Below are positions 35,846 to 45,397 of a stretch of DNA of 50,354 nt, piece after piece. The stretch is from NCBI GenBank assembly GCA_003137135.1, contig PLFB01000182.1, positions 6,391 to 56,744 on the forward strand, written 5' to 3'. Numbering within the stretch: position 1 is the first letter of the stretch; each line of letters opens with the position of its first letter. This DNA comes from Acetobacteraceae bacterium. GTDB taxonomy: Bacteria; Pseudomonadota; Alphaproteobacteria; Acetobacterales; Acetobacteraceae. The notes below the pieces were generated by a model. That model worked only from the letters and a program-made list of their open reading frames with translations. It was not told the DNA's origin and made no database searches. A program made the translations under genes and the position numbers.

Positions 35846-37160
35846 TCAACCCCCCAAAGCGGTCTTTTGCAACGCCGCTGTTAGAGAGCGCCGGCGCGAT
35901 GGGGTTAGATCGGCTGGCGGCGCCCTGCCGGGATGGCTGGCTGAAATAACCGCCATTCCCGCCTGCATTCCCGCCATCCGACCGAACCGAAGTCTGCCCG
36001 AGCGCGATGCCGGCCGCCGTCATCGCCTGCCGCAGATCGTCGAGATTGCTGTTGAGCAGATGCGCCGTTTGCGGCAGGCTCGACACAAACTGCACATTGA
36101 CCTGGGAGCCTTGGCTGGTCGAGACATGCACGGTCATCGCGCCGAGTCCGGCCGGGTCCAGGCTGAGGATCGTGCTGTTATCACCAGACTTCTGCATCGC
36201 GACCACGGCGGCAGCGAGCGCCGATGGCGTCGCCGGCACCGGCGCACCGCCTGGCGACGGGGCGGCCTGCAAGGTGGCCGGCCCCGACGCAACTTGGGTT
36301 ACGCCCGGCACCGGCGAGCCCAGCATCGTGTCCAAGGCGGGCGGTAAAGTCGTCTGTGCGGCCGCCGTCGGAAGCGGCCGGCTTGCAACCGAAACGGATG
36401 TTGTGACCCCTCTTTCAGCGCCGACCAGCTTCGCGCCCGCTTTGGAACTGGCCTGCACACCGCCAAAATTGTTAGCAGCCGGGGCCGGCATGGGAATCGC
36501 CGGATTTGCCGTCGCTGCCGGCGGGGGCGGCAAAACCTCTTGCACGGCCGCCACAGGTGAGGACGCAGCATCCACCGCATCCGCATTGACGGCGCCGGCG
36601 GCCGAGGCGGCCGGCGGCGCGGCATGGCCTGGCGACACCTTACCTTGCGTCGAACCAGTTTTTGTATCCGCCGCCGGTGCGGCCTGTTCGCTGTTTCCGG
36701 TGCTCGGGGCACGAAAAATTTCGTTACGATTGATCGCCGGCGTGGCGGCGGATGCCGGTTTGGCGGCAAAAGCCTGTCCGGACGCAAAAATCAGATTCAT
36801 AAAGCCAATCGGACTGGACGTTTGACCCGCATGCGCCGGATGGGCGCCGGCAAGCGCCTTGGCGCCGCCTCGTCCCCGCGCCTTCGCCGCCGAGTCATCC
36901 GGTTCTTCACGCCGAGACGGTTTTTCGCTCACGCTTGCATCCAAGCGGCTTTTTTCGTCATCGCAGGACGCCCGAATAAAAATTTTCTCCGCCGCAGAAG
37001 GAACAATCACGTCCGCGCCTGGCGCCGCCGAAAAATCGGTTGCGCGCGCGGCGTGGTCCATGGCGGCCGACCAATGCGTTTCCGAGGCGTGCTGCCTTGC
37101 GTGCAAACCCGTCGCGCCGCGCGGCTGCGCGCCAGCCAAGGAAACCGGCGCCGGCGTCAC
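35832..37160 (-). CDS. fliK: Hook-length control protein FliK-like
   Basis: Ala/Pro-rich region plus C-terminal L.LDPAGLG...V.V and L...L..LRQ.M..AGI.LG. Confidence 0.8.
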   Translation of the reverse strand: MTPAPVSLAGAQPRGATGLHARQHASETHWSAAMDHAARATDFSAAPGADVIVPSAAEKIFIRASCDDEKSRLDASVSEKPSRREEPDDSAAKARGRGGAKALAGAHPAHAGQTSSPIGFMNLIFASGQAFAAKPASAATPAINRNEIFRAPSTGNSEQAAPAADTKTGSTQGKVSPGHAAPPAASAAGAVNADAVDAASSPVAAVQEVLPPPPAATANPAIPMPAPAANNFGGVQASSKAGAKLVGAERGVTTSVSVASRPLPTAAAQTTLPPALDTMLGSPVPGVTQVASGPATLQAAPSPGGAPVPATPSALAAAVVAMQKSGDNSTILSLDPAGLGAMTVHVSTSQGSQVNVQFVSSLPQTAHLLNSNLDDLRQAMTAAGIALGQTSVRSDGGNAGGNGGYFSQPSRQGAASRSNPIAPALSNSGVAKDRFGGLSAYA

Positions 37161-38164
37161 ACCAACTCCTCCGACGCATTGATGCTGATCTTGCCTTCGC
37201 CGGCCAGCCGCAGCGCGGTCTCGACCACTTCGCTTTGCGCCGCCAGCGCGTCCGCCTTGCGCATCGGCGGCCCGTTCTGCAGCTCCTCCCGAATAATCTC
37301 GGCGGTGCGCGCCGAGACATTCTGAAAAAACCTCTCCCGCACCACCTCATCGCTCAGCCGCAACGCCGGCGCCAGCCGGTCCGGCTGAATTTCGCGCAAA
37401 ATAATCTGCAGCGCGCGATCGGTTAGTTTGATAAGGTCGTAGAAGGTGAACAGGTTTTCGCGTATCCTTCCGGCGATCACGCTGTCCCGGTCCTCAATCC
37501 GCCGCATGACATTTTCGGACATAACGCTCTGCAAATGATTGAGAATGTCGGCCGTGTGCTTCGCGCCGCCAAGATTATCCAGCCGTTTGCCGGCATTCTC
37601 CGCCCCCGCCATCAATTCGGCGACCATCGATTTCAGCTCCGCGACGGCGTGCGGCGAAACCGTATCGAGCGTGGTGAACAGATACACCGTCTCGGCCACC
37701 AGTTCCTCCGGCAGGAAGGACAGCATCGCCGCGCCGGTTTCGTGCGGCAACTGCGCCAGCAGCAAGGCCAAGGTCTGCGGCCGCTCATTCGCCAGATTCA
37801 TCGCCAGAATCCGCGGATCGGCATTGAAGGTGAAATGCGAATGGCTCTTGCGCTTCAGGCTTTCCACAATCTCGCGCGCCTTGCTATCTCCCAGCGCTCC
37901 GCTCAGGATTTTTTGCAGGTAGCCGATCCCATCGCCACCGACATAGCCAAGCTCGGCGGCGAAATTGTTCATGATCGCCGTCGACTCGTCGGCGGCAACC
38001 CGGCGGATCGACAGCATCGCGGCCGAGATGCTGCCGATCGCGTGTTCGTCCATATGCCGCATGACGGCAGCCGCGACATCCTCGCCGAGTTCGAGCAGCA
38101 CCACGGCCGCGCGCTCCGCACCCGTCAGCCCGTCCTTCATCAACGCCGTTCTTAGTTCAGCCAT
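37157..38164 (-). CDS. fliG: Motor switch protein FliG
   Basis: LTG.ERAA..LL.LG, E.PQT.AL.L, GG....ADILN, LFTF.DL and torque helix SARTAEIIREE. Confidence 0.93.
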   Translation of the reverse strand: MAELRTALMKDGLTGAERAAVVLLELGEDVAAAVMRHMDEHAIGSISAAMLSIRRVAADESTAIMNNFAAELGYVGGDGIGYLQKILSGALGDSKAREIVESLKRKSHSHFTFNADPRILAMNLANERPQTLALLLAQLPHETGAAMLSFLPEELVAETVYLFTTLDTVSPHAVAELKSMVAELMAGAENAGKRLDNLGGAKHTADILNHLQSVMSENVMRRIEDRDSVIAGRIRENLFTFYDLIKLTDRALQIILREIQPDRLAPALRLSDEVVRERFFQNVSARTAEIIREELQNGPPMRKADALAAQSEVVETALRLAGEGKISINASEELV

Positions 38165-39677
38165 CGGCTTCGGCCCAACTCTGCAGCAGTTTCGCCACCG
38201 CGATCGGCTCCTCGGCCGCGAGATTCCGCAGTTTGCCGAACTCCTTCTTCGGCACGGCAATCTCCACCGGCCGTGGCAAGGCCGTATGGGTCACGCCGAC
38301 ATTCAGCCGCCCCAGCCAACGGCTCATCGGCAAGACGGCGCCAAACAGCAAGGCCAGCACCGCAACAATTTCCATCACGGCGTGCGCCACCGGGCCTGCC
38401 GCCAGCAGCAGGCTGGCGGCATCGGCGACGCCGGCCGCGCTGCGGAAAGGTGCCGCCATCACGTTCACATTCACCGACGGATACGCGAAGGCGCCGGCGA
38501 GCGCCGCCTTCACCTGGTCGGTCGTGACCGGCCCAAGGGCCGCCTTGTTCAGCACGACGGAAATCGCGATGGAATCGACCACCCAGTCCGGCTTCGTAAT
38601 GTCGCTCTGGGTCTGACTGACCACAAAAGTCTGTTCGGTGTTTTTGCTGCTTTGATGCGGCACGCCATTGCCAGTATCGGCGCCGGCGGCCGCCTCCTCC
38701 GCCCCGGCGCCAGCACTCGGGTTTTGCGGCGGCGTCGCGCTCGTCGCCGCCGGCGGCTCGTTGGACAGCGCGCCGGGGATTCCCATCGCCGCATTCAGCG
38801 TTCCGGTCTGCTCGGAGTCCGTACTGCTCTCGTGCGAGACGACCGGGTCCGGACCGTAGGTGAGCTGCTGCAGATGTTCCTGGGTAAAATCGATATTCGC
38901 CGAAACACTCGTGCGAAAATTTCCGGCGCCCACGATCGGCGTCAGCAATTGCGCGATCCGCATCGCCGCGGCGTTCTGCACCTGATCCAAAGTCGCCAGC
39001 TGCGAGGCCGTGTTGAGCGATTTGTCAGACGGATTCACCACGATCCCGGACGTGGTCGCGACGTTCACCTGGTCGGTCGAAAGCCCGGGCACCGCACCCG
39101 CGACCAGGCTGGCGATCGCCTTCGCCTGGGCCTGCGCATCCTCGGCATCGGCGTCGATGACGACGGAGGCCGTCGGCTTCGGCTGGTCGGCCAAAAACGC
39201 GGTATCCGGCGGTGTCGCCAAATAAACCTGCGCGGATTGCACGCCTTCCATCTGCTCGATCGACTGCTCCAGCGAGGCTTCGAGCGCCTGAGTGGCCATC
39301 ACATTCTGCGCGAGATCCGATGTCGTCATCGGCGCGTTTTCCAGCTTGTCCCAGCCATTCGAGACGTCGTCGCCCGGAATTTCGGCGGCCCCCAGCTCCA
39401 GCCGCGCCTCGGCCAAATCCGGCGCCGGCACCATGATCACATCGCCGGCCGCCTGCAGTTGATAGGGTATGCCAAGCTTTTGCAGTTCGCCGATCACCTT
39501 GCCGCCCTGCGCCGGCGAGAGCCCTTCATACAGCGCCGCATAGGCCGGTCCACCCATTTCCAGCGCAGTTACGACGGCGATGGAGGCGGCGATGGCGCCG
39601 CCGATCAGCCAGCCGATCGTCGGTACCCTGGCGGCAAGCCGTCGCGCTTGCCTTATATAATGGCGCCAATCCGGCAT
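38157..39677 (-). CDS. fliF: MS-ring protein FliF
   Basis: Y..LY..L, GIPY, A.V.LA.P, PTASV, LVAGAVPGL, GIPGALSN.P and A.LL..W. Confidence 0.92.
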   Translation of the reverse strand: MPDWRHYIRQARRLAARVPTIGWLIGGAIAASIAVVTALEMGGPAYAALYEGLSPAQGGKVIGELQKLGIPYQLQAAGDVIMVPAPDLAEARLELGAAEIPGDDVSNGWDKLENAPMTTSDLAQNVMATQALEASLEQSIEQMEGVQSAQVYLATPPDTAFLADQPKPTASVVIDADAEDAQAQAKAIASLVAGAVPGLSTDQVNVATTSGIVVNPSDKSLNTASQLATLDQVQNAAAMRIAQLLTPIVGAGNFRTSVSANIDFTQEHLQQLTYGPDPVVSHESSTDSEQTGTLNAAMGIPGALSNEPPAATSATPPQNPSAGAGAEEAAAGADTGNGVPHQSSKNTEQTFVVSQTQSDITKPDWVVDSIAISVVLNKAALGPVTTDQVKAALAGAFAYPSVNVNVMAAPFRSAAGVADAASLLLAAGPVAHAVMEIVAVLALLFGAVLPMSRWLGRLNVGVTHTALPRPVEIAVPKKEFGKLRNLAAEEPIAVAKLLQSWAEADG

Positions 39678-39994
39678 CAGAACTGCATGTTCATGACGCT
39701 GGAATAGGCCGAAACGACTTCATTCCGGACCGCGACGGCGGCGTTCCAGGCAATTTCCGCCTGGTCGCTCGAGACCACGGCCTTGCCCAGAGTCGCACCC
39801 GGCGCGCCGACGGCATAGTTCTGCTCGGCCGTCTGGGCGCCCTGTTGCGCCGCACTCACGGATTTGAGCGCGCCATCGACCAGCCCGGCGAAATCAGCCC
39901 CTGCCGGTGCCGCCTGAGCGCTTTGCTGGATCGCGCCGAAGACGCCACCTTGGGTATTAAGCGGTGTCATCGCGTTTATACCGGCGATTGTCAC
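39677..39994 (-). CDS. fliE: FliE
   Basis: C-terminal VRN.VV.AY..VMNMQ. Confidence 0.9.
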   Translation of the reverse strand: MTIAGINAMTPLNTQGGVFGAIQQSAQAAPAGADFAGLVDGALKSVSAAQQGAQTAEQNYAVGAPGATLGKAVVSSDQAEIAWNAAVAVRNEVVSAYSSVMNMQF

Positions 39995-40309
39995 TATAAA
40001 ACTCTCCCAAATTCAGAATAGCGACTCGAACTGCAACCTCTGGACACAGTAAAAACATGTCCTGGATTAACTATCAGTAACCGTTATCCTTATGCAAGTG
40101 GTAATTTTAGGTTTACTGATTTATTAAACTCATGAGAGTTTTTTTGCGTGAATAGTTGATTTTCAATATTGTATTTGTCGCTGAATTATGTCTTTAGTGC
40201 CCGCGAGACTTAAATATCGTTAATCTCAAACGCCGGTCCGACCGGTAACTATACTGTCTAAACCCGCCTGTTCACCCCAACCTGCACTCATAGGTAGAGC
40301 CTCCAGACG
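39995..40309. promoter_or_regulatory. AT-rich divergent promoter region between fliE and flgB
   Basis: Markedly AT-rich; contains TTAC-N7-TTAA (40113-40127) and TTAA-N6-TTAA (40210-40223). Confidence 0.6.
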
Positions 40310-40657
40310 ATGCAGATTCAGTTCCTTAACCTCTACAATGGCGTGATGAACGTGCGCGAGGAACGCGCCTCGTTGGTCGCCAATAATATCGCCAACGCCG
40401 ATACGCCGGGGTTCAAGGCGCAGGATGTCTCGTTCGATGCAGCCCTGGCCTCCCAGCTCACCAGCCCGGATGCGCCGGCCGCCCCGCAATACCGCGCCGG
40501 CACCACGGTCGCCCTGGACGGCAACGACGTCTCGCTCGACGGCGAGCGCATCGAAGCCGCGCAGAACGCCGAACAATTGTCCGCCGCCGCCGCGTTTCTG
40601 CATCAATCGACCGCCGACCTGATCACCGCCTTGCGGCCCAGCCCGAGCGGAAACTAA
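40310..40657 (+). CDS. flgB: Rod protein FlgB
   Basis: ANNIANADTPGFKAQD.F and DGN.V.LD.E. Confidence 0.92.
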   Translation: MQIQFLNLYNGVMNVREERASLVANNIANADTPGFKAQDVSFDAALASQLTSPDAPAAPQYRAGTTVALDGNDVSLDGERIEAAQNAEQLSAAAAFLHQSTADLITALRPSPSGN

Positions 40658-40660
40658 AAC

Positions 40661-41104
40661 ATGCCTGATATCTTCTCCATCGTCGGCAGCGCCCTCAACG
40701 CCCAGGATGCCCGCATGGGGGTCATCGCCGCCAATCTGGCCAACGTCGATTCAATCACGCCGGCCGGCGGCACGCCCTACCGCGCGCACGAGGTCGTGTT
40801 CGAAGCCGGCCAGGTCGCCGACGGCGAGACTGGGCAGTTGGCCGCAAACGGCGCCGCGGATTCCGGCGACACCGGCGTCACCGTCGCCGGCACCGTGCTC
40901 AGCAACGCGCCGCCCAAGCAAACCTACGATCCCAGCAGCCCGTTCGCCAACGCCAAAGGCTACGTCACCGGCTCGAACGTCAGCCAGGCCGACCAGATGG
41001 TTGATCTCATCGATTCCTCCAGCAGCTACAGCGCCTCGGTCGCCGTGCTGCAACAGGCCACGCGGGTCGATCAACAACTCATCTCCAGCCTCCAGGTGTC
41101 CTGA
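40661..41104 (+). CDS. flgC: Rod protein FlgC
   Basis: S.LNAQ..RM..IA.NLAN, PYR, YDP..P.A...GYV..NV. Confidence 0.92.
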   Translation: MPDIFSIVGSALNAQDARMGVIAANLANVDSITPAGGTPYRAHEVVFEAGQVADGETGQLAANGAADSGDTGVTVAGTVLSNAPPKQTYDPSSPFANAKGYVTGSNVSQADQMVDLIDSSSSYSASVAVLQQATRVDQQLISSLQVS

Positions 41105-41799
41105 TGACCAGTCTCGCCATCCCCAGCGCCACCAGCGCGGCCGCCACATCGGCGTCAACCACCGCCGCGCAGTCGGGCTCGTCCTCAAGCGGTTCGGGCT
41201 CCGCGGCCTCGCTCACCCAGTCGGATTTTCTCCAGCTCCTGACGGCGCAGATGCAATACCAGACGCCGACCAACCCGGCCGATCCGACTGAACTCGCCTC
41301 CGAATTCGCGGCAATTTCCACCGTCAACGGCATCGACAAGCTGAACACCACCGTCAGCGGTCTCGCGAATGGCGGCGCCGCCTCGGCGATCTCGCAGGCC
41401 GCCGGCCTGGTCGGCAAACAGGTCGCCGTCGCGGGCAATACCATCACCGCGGACGCCGCGGGCGCCGCGACCGGCGCCTTCGACCTGCAGACCGCAGCGC
41501 AGAACGTCAGCGTCTCCATCCTGTCGCCCAGCGGCGCCGTCGCCGGCACAATGAACCTCGGCGCGCTGCCCGCCGGCCAATCCTCCTTCACCTGGCCGGG
41601 CGGTGCGCCAGGCAGCCAATATACCTACCAGGTCAACGCCACCAACGCCGCCGGCGCCACCGTCCCGGTCAATACCTACAGCGTCTATAGCGTCGAGGGC
41701 GTCAACGTCGCCGGGTCCTCGCAAACCCTGAACGTGTTCGGCACCTCGGAAGTCATTCCGGTCTCTGAAATTCAAACCGTCCTTGGAGGATCATCGTGA
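41104..41799 (+). CDS. flgD: Hook capping protein FlgD
   Basis: DFLQLL.AQM.YQ.P..P, A..LVGK.V and a C-terminal Ig-like domain. Confidence 0.9.
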   Translation: MTSLAIPSATSAAATSASTTAAQSGSSSSGSGSAASLTQSDFLQLLTAQMQYQTPTNPADPTELASEFAAISTVNGIDKLNTTVSGLANGGAASAISQAAGLVGKQVAVAGNTITADAAGAATGAFDLQTAAQNVSVSILSPSGAVAGTMNLGALPAGQSSFTWPGGAPGSQYTYQVNATNAAGATVPVNTYSVYSVEGVNVAGSSQTLNVFGTSEVIPVSEIQTVLGGSS

Positions 41800-43025
41800 G
41801 TCTCGAAACCGCTCTCACCGGCCTGCTCGGCTCGCAAACCGGACTCGATACGGTTTCGAACGATCTCGCCAACGCCAGCACCACCGGCTTCAAATCGCAA
41901 ACCGCGCTGTTTTCCGCGATCTACGCGGCAAATTCGCACAACACCCCCGGCATCGGCGTGCAGACCAAAAATCTCGACACCAATTTCTCGCAAGGCGATC
42001 TGATCGCAACCGGCAATCCGCTCGACGCCGCGATCCAGGGCGACGGATTTTTCGTGGTCTCCGCGAACGGCCAGCAGCAATATACCCGCGACGGCTCGTT
42101 CCAGCTCAGCAGCACCGGCGTTTTGCAGACCGCCTCCGGCGCCGCGGTGCTGGGATACGCCGAAAACGCCAACGGCACCGCCAGCGGCGCACTGCAGTCC
42201 CTCACGGTCAACACCGGCGCGGTCCCCGCGCAAGCGACCAGCCAGCTCGGCCTGACGCTCAACCTGAACTCTTCCGACCCGGTGATCCCGGCCGGTACCG
42301 CCTTCAACGCGGCCGATCCGGCGACGTATGACGAGACCACGTCGGTCACCACCTACGACTCCCTCGGCAACGCCAACACCACCCAGCTCTATCTGGTGCA
42401 GAACCCGGTAGTGCAGGGCTCGGGCGACGCCTCGTCCTGGACCGTCTATGCGCAACCCGTCACCGCGTCGGGCGCGGATGCCGGCGCCGTGCAGACGCTG
42501 GGCACCCTGGGCTTCAACACCAACGGCCAGCTGGTCTCCGGCAGCCCCGCCACGCTCAACGTGGACTGGGGCAACGGCGCCGCGGCCTCGTCCATCGCCT
42601 TCGACTTCACCGGCACCACGCTCGGCGCGCAACCCTTCGCCATCGCCGGCACCACCAATAACGGCTACGCGCCCGGCAATTACGAAGGCACCACCATCAC
42701 CCCGGGCGGCCAGGTGCAATCGACCTACAGCAACGGCCAGACGATCAACGCCGGCACGCTCGGCATCGCCAATTTCATCAACCAGCAGGGCCTGCAAGCG
42801 GAATCCGGCAATCTCTACGCCCAGAGCACGACCTCCGGCACCCCGGTCATCAACGCGCCCGGAACCGGCCAGGCCGGCACCGTCAGCGCCGGCAATCTGG
42901 AGGCATCCAACGCCTCAACCTCGGCATTGCTGGTGCAGCTCATCCAGTACCAGCAGGCCTACCAGGCCAACGCGACGGTGATCCAGACCGAACAATCCGA
43001 CAGCACGCGCCTGACGCAAATCTGA
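41796..43025 (+). CDS. flgE: Hook protein FlgE
   Basis: N.LANAST.GFK, GDGFF, YTRDG.F, YDSLGN, NGY.PG and LE.SN. Confidence 0.93.
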   Translation: MSLETALTGLLGSQTGLDTVSNDLANASTTGFKSQTALFSAIYAANSHNTPGIGVQTKNLDTNFSQGDLIATGNPLDAAIQGDGFFVVSANGQQQYTRDGSFQLSSTGVLQTASGAAVLGYAENANGTASGALQSLTVNTGAVPAQATSQLGLTLNLNSSDPVIPAGTAFNAADPATYDETTSVTTYDSLGNANTTQLYLVQNPVVQGSGDASSWTVYAQPVTASGADAGAVQTLGTLGFNTNGQLVSGSPATLNVDWGNGAAASSIAFDFTGTTLGAQPFAIAGTTNNGYAPGNYEGTTITPGGQVQSTYSNGQTINAGTLGIANFINQQGLQAESGNLYAQSTTSGTPVINAPGTGQAGTVSAGNLEASNASTSALLVQLIQYQQAYQANATVIQTEQSDSTRLTQI

Positions 43026-43768
43026 TGTCGTCGGATTCACTCTTTACCACGATGGCCGGCCTGCAGGCGATCACCGCCAACATGCAGGCGCTGTCCTCGA
43101 ACCTCGCCAACACCGCGACCACCGGCTACCAGGCCATCCAGGTCGCCACCGAAGCTTCGCCCTATACCGGCGGCAACGCCCCTTCCGGCGCCGACGCCGT
43201 GGCGCTGACGCCCAACCCTAACCTGACGCCCGGACCGCTGACGCAGACCGGGGACCCGCTGGACGTGGCACTGGGCGGCGATGCCTGGCTGCAGGTGCAA
43301 ACGCCGAACGGCGACGCGCTCACCCGCGACGGCAGCCTGCAGGTCACCAACGCCGGTATCCTGGCCGATGCCAACGGTAATCCGGTCCTCAACGTTTCCG
43401 GCCAGCCGATCAGCGTGCCCGCCGTCACGAAACTCACGATCGGCGAGGATGGGACCGTTTCGGGGACGCTCGCCAGCCAGCCAAACGCCGCCCCAGAATC
43501 CTTTGGCCAAATCGGGCTGGTATCGACGCCGTCCGGCGTCCTCACGCCGATCAGCGGCACCCTGTTTTCCCCGCCCGCCGGCGCCACGCTGACGCCTTCG
43601 GCGGACGGCTCCCTGCACCAGGGCTACCTCAACCAGAGCAACGTCGATGCGACCCAGGCGATGATGGATCTGATCAACGACAGCCGGTCCTACCAGTTGC
43701 AAACCACGATGTTGAAGACGCAGTCCGGCAACAACGACGCGCTCAACACCCTGCTGACGCAAGGATGA
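43025..43768 (+). CDS. flgF: Rod protein FlgF
   Basis: NLAN..T.GY, TG.PLDVA, TRDG.L and QGYL..SNV. Confidence 0.9.
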   Translation: MSSDSLFTTMAGLQAITANMQALSSNLANTATTGYQAIQVATEASPYTGGNAPSGADAVALTPNPNLTPGPLTQTGDPLDVALGGDAWLQVQTPNGDALTRDGSLQVTNAGILADANGNPVLNVSGQPISVPAVTKLTIGEDGTVSGTLASQPNAAPESFGQIGLVSTPSGVLTPISGTLFSPPAGATLTPSADGSLHQGYLNQSNVDATQAMMDLINDSRSYQLQTTMLKTQSGNNDALNTLLTQG

Positions 43769-43775
43769 TTGCAAA

Positions 43776-44570
43776 ATGAACCACGCTCTCGATACGATCG
43801 CGACCGGCCTCGAGGCCAGCCAGACCATGATGGATACGATCGCCGATAATCTCTCCAACGTGAACACCACGGGCTACAAATCCGAGACGCCGGAATTTCA
43901 AACCCTGCTGTATCAGGACGGCATTCAGCCGGGCGCGCAATCCACCGGCCAGACGCAATATCCCTCAGGCCTGGAAGTGGGCAGCGGCGTGAAAATCGCC
44001 TCGATCAAGGATGTGGAAACGCAAGGCACGCTGACCAGCACCGGCAATCCGCTCGACCTTGCGATCAACGGCGCCGGCTATTTTCAGATCCTGCAGCCTA
44101 ACGGCCAGATCGCGTATACCAGGGACGGCTCGTTCCAGGTCAACAGCACCGGCCAACTGGTGAATTCCAGCGGCTACCAGGTGCTGCCGAACGTTTCGAT
44201 CCCGGCGAATGCCACCTCCGTGACCATCGGCACCGACGGCACGATTTCGGTCACGCTGCCCGGCTCATCGACCGCCACGCAGATCGGCCAATTGCAACTG
44301 GCGAGCTTCGTCAATCCGCAGGGGCTGCAACCGCTCGGCAACAATCTCTACGCCAACACCTCGTCCAGTGGCGCCGCCATCGTCAGCGCGCCACAGACCA
44401 ACGGGCTGGGTTCGGTCAATCAGAGCTATCTGGAATCCTCCAATGTCGATGTCGTGCAGTCGATGGTGGATATGATTTCGGCTGAGCGGGCCTATCAGTT
44501 GGGCACGCAGGCGGCATCGGCGGTGGATAATCAGATGAATTATCTGGCGCAGGCGGCGTCGGGGGCGTGA
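43776..44570 (+). CDS. flgG: Distal rod protein FlgG
   Basis: NL.NVNTTGYK, FQ.LLYQ, PSGL..G.GV, YTRDGSF and LE.SNV..V..MV.MI...RAY. Confidence 0.95.
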   Translation: MNHALDTIATGLEASQTMMDTIADNLSNVNTTGYKSETPEFQTLLYQDGIQPGAQSTGQTQYPSGLEVGSGVKIASIKDVETQGTLTSTGNPLDLAINGAGYFQILQPNGQIAYTRDGSFQVNSTGQLVNSSGYQVLPNVSIPANATSVTIGTDGTISVTLPGSSTATQIGQLQLASFVNPQGLQPLGNNLYANTSSSGAAIVSAPQTNGLGSVNQSYLESSNVDVVQSMVDMISAERAYQLGTQAASAVDNQMNYLAQAASGA

Positions 44571-45397
44571 TGCGAAGCCGGCAGGAAGCAGTTACTTTTT
44601 TGAAAAAAAGTAACCAAAAAACTTTTGATTTCGGTGGGCTTTGGCTTCGATGCAGTCACAGCTCGCAGTTAATAAAAGTCTTTTTGCTTCTTTTTTTTCA
44701 GAAAAAGAAGTCCTTACTTCCTTCGTGGTTCGCCCTGACGCTGTCACTGGCGACTGCCGGCTGCGCCTCCCCGCCGGGGCCGCTCACCACCATCCAGCCG
44801 GCGGCGTTTCCCGTCGCCGTCTCGCCGCAGGCGGCGTCCACGGACGGCTCGGTGTTTCCCTCCGCCAGCTCTGGCTCGCTGTATGAACCCCGAAAAGACT
44901 GGCGCATCGGCGATCTGGTGACCATCAACATCGTCACCAGCTCCAGCGCCGCCAACAACGACAATGATTCGCTCACCCGCAAGGGCACGCTGAACGACGC
45001 CCTGACGAGTTTCATGGGCGTGCCGCTGACGTTTGGAAGCATGAATGGATCGCCGTTCTCGCCCTCGGTCGCCGCCACCAGCGACCAGGAATATACCGGC
45101 GCGGGCTCGGCGCAGGCCTCCAATGACGTTTCGGGCCAGGTCGAAGCGGTCATTACGCAGATCGACGCCAACGGCACGCTGGCGCTCTCCGGCCGCACCA
45201 ACGTCAACGTCAACGGCAACGTCACCAGCATTCTGGTCACCGGCTATGCCAGCCCGGACGACATCGCCGCCAACACCACCATCAGCTCGAACAACATCGC
45301 CGACATGAACGTCCAGTATGTCGGCAATGGGCCGATCAACCAGGCGCATCAGGTGCCATGGCTGCAACAACTTCTTTCGAAGGCCTCGCCGTTTTGA
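44570..45397 (+). CDS. flgH: L-ring lipoprotein FlgH with a repeat-derived N-terminal extension
   Basis: Lipobox TAGC, IGDLVTI, NG.L..SG and C-terminal WL....PF; ATG coupled to the flgG stop (TGATG). Confidence 0.88.
   Translation: MRSRQEAVTFLKKSNQKTFDFGGLWLRCSHSSQLIKVFLLLFFQKKKSLLPSWFALTLSLATAGCASPPGPLTTIQPAAFPVAVSPQAASTDGSVFPSASSGSLYEPRKDWRIGDLVTINIVTSSSAANNDNDSLTRKGTLNDALTSFMGVPLTFGSMNGSPFSPSVAATSDQEYTGAGSAQASNDVSGQVEAVITQIDANGTLALSGRTNVNVNGNVTSILVTGYASPDDIAANTTISSNNIADMNVQYVGNGPINQAHQVPWLQQLLSKASPF
44583..44723. repeat. Nested-palindrome repeat copy R11 (core type C), inside the flgH reading frame
   Basis: AGGAAGCA GTTAC T6GA7 GTAAC CAAAAAACTTTTG ... AAAAGTCTTTTTG CTTC T8CAGA5 GAAG tcCTTACTTCCTT. 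Confidence 0.92.

Noticed and set aside
27376-39994. Non-flagellar type III injectisome
   Set aside because: Stators, FliG, rod, hook, L/P rings and hook-associated proteins are all present, so the system is flagellar.
1-44723. Repeat family as a CRISPR array
   Set aside because: Copies are dispersed singly between genes rather than tandem repeat-spacer units, and no cas genes are present.
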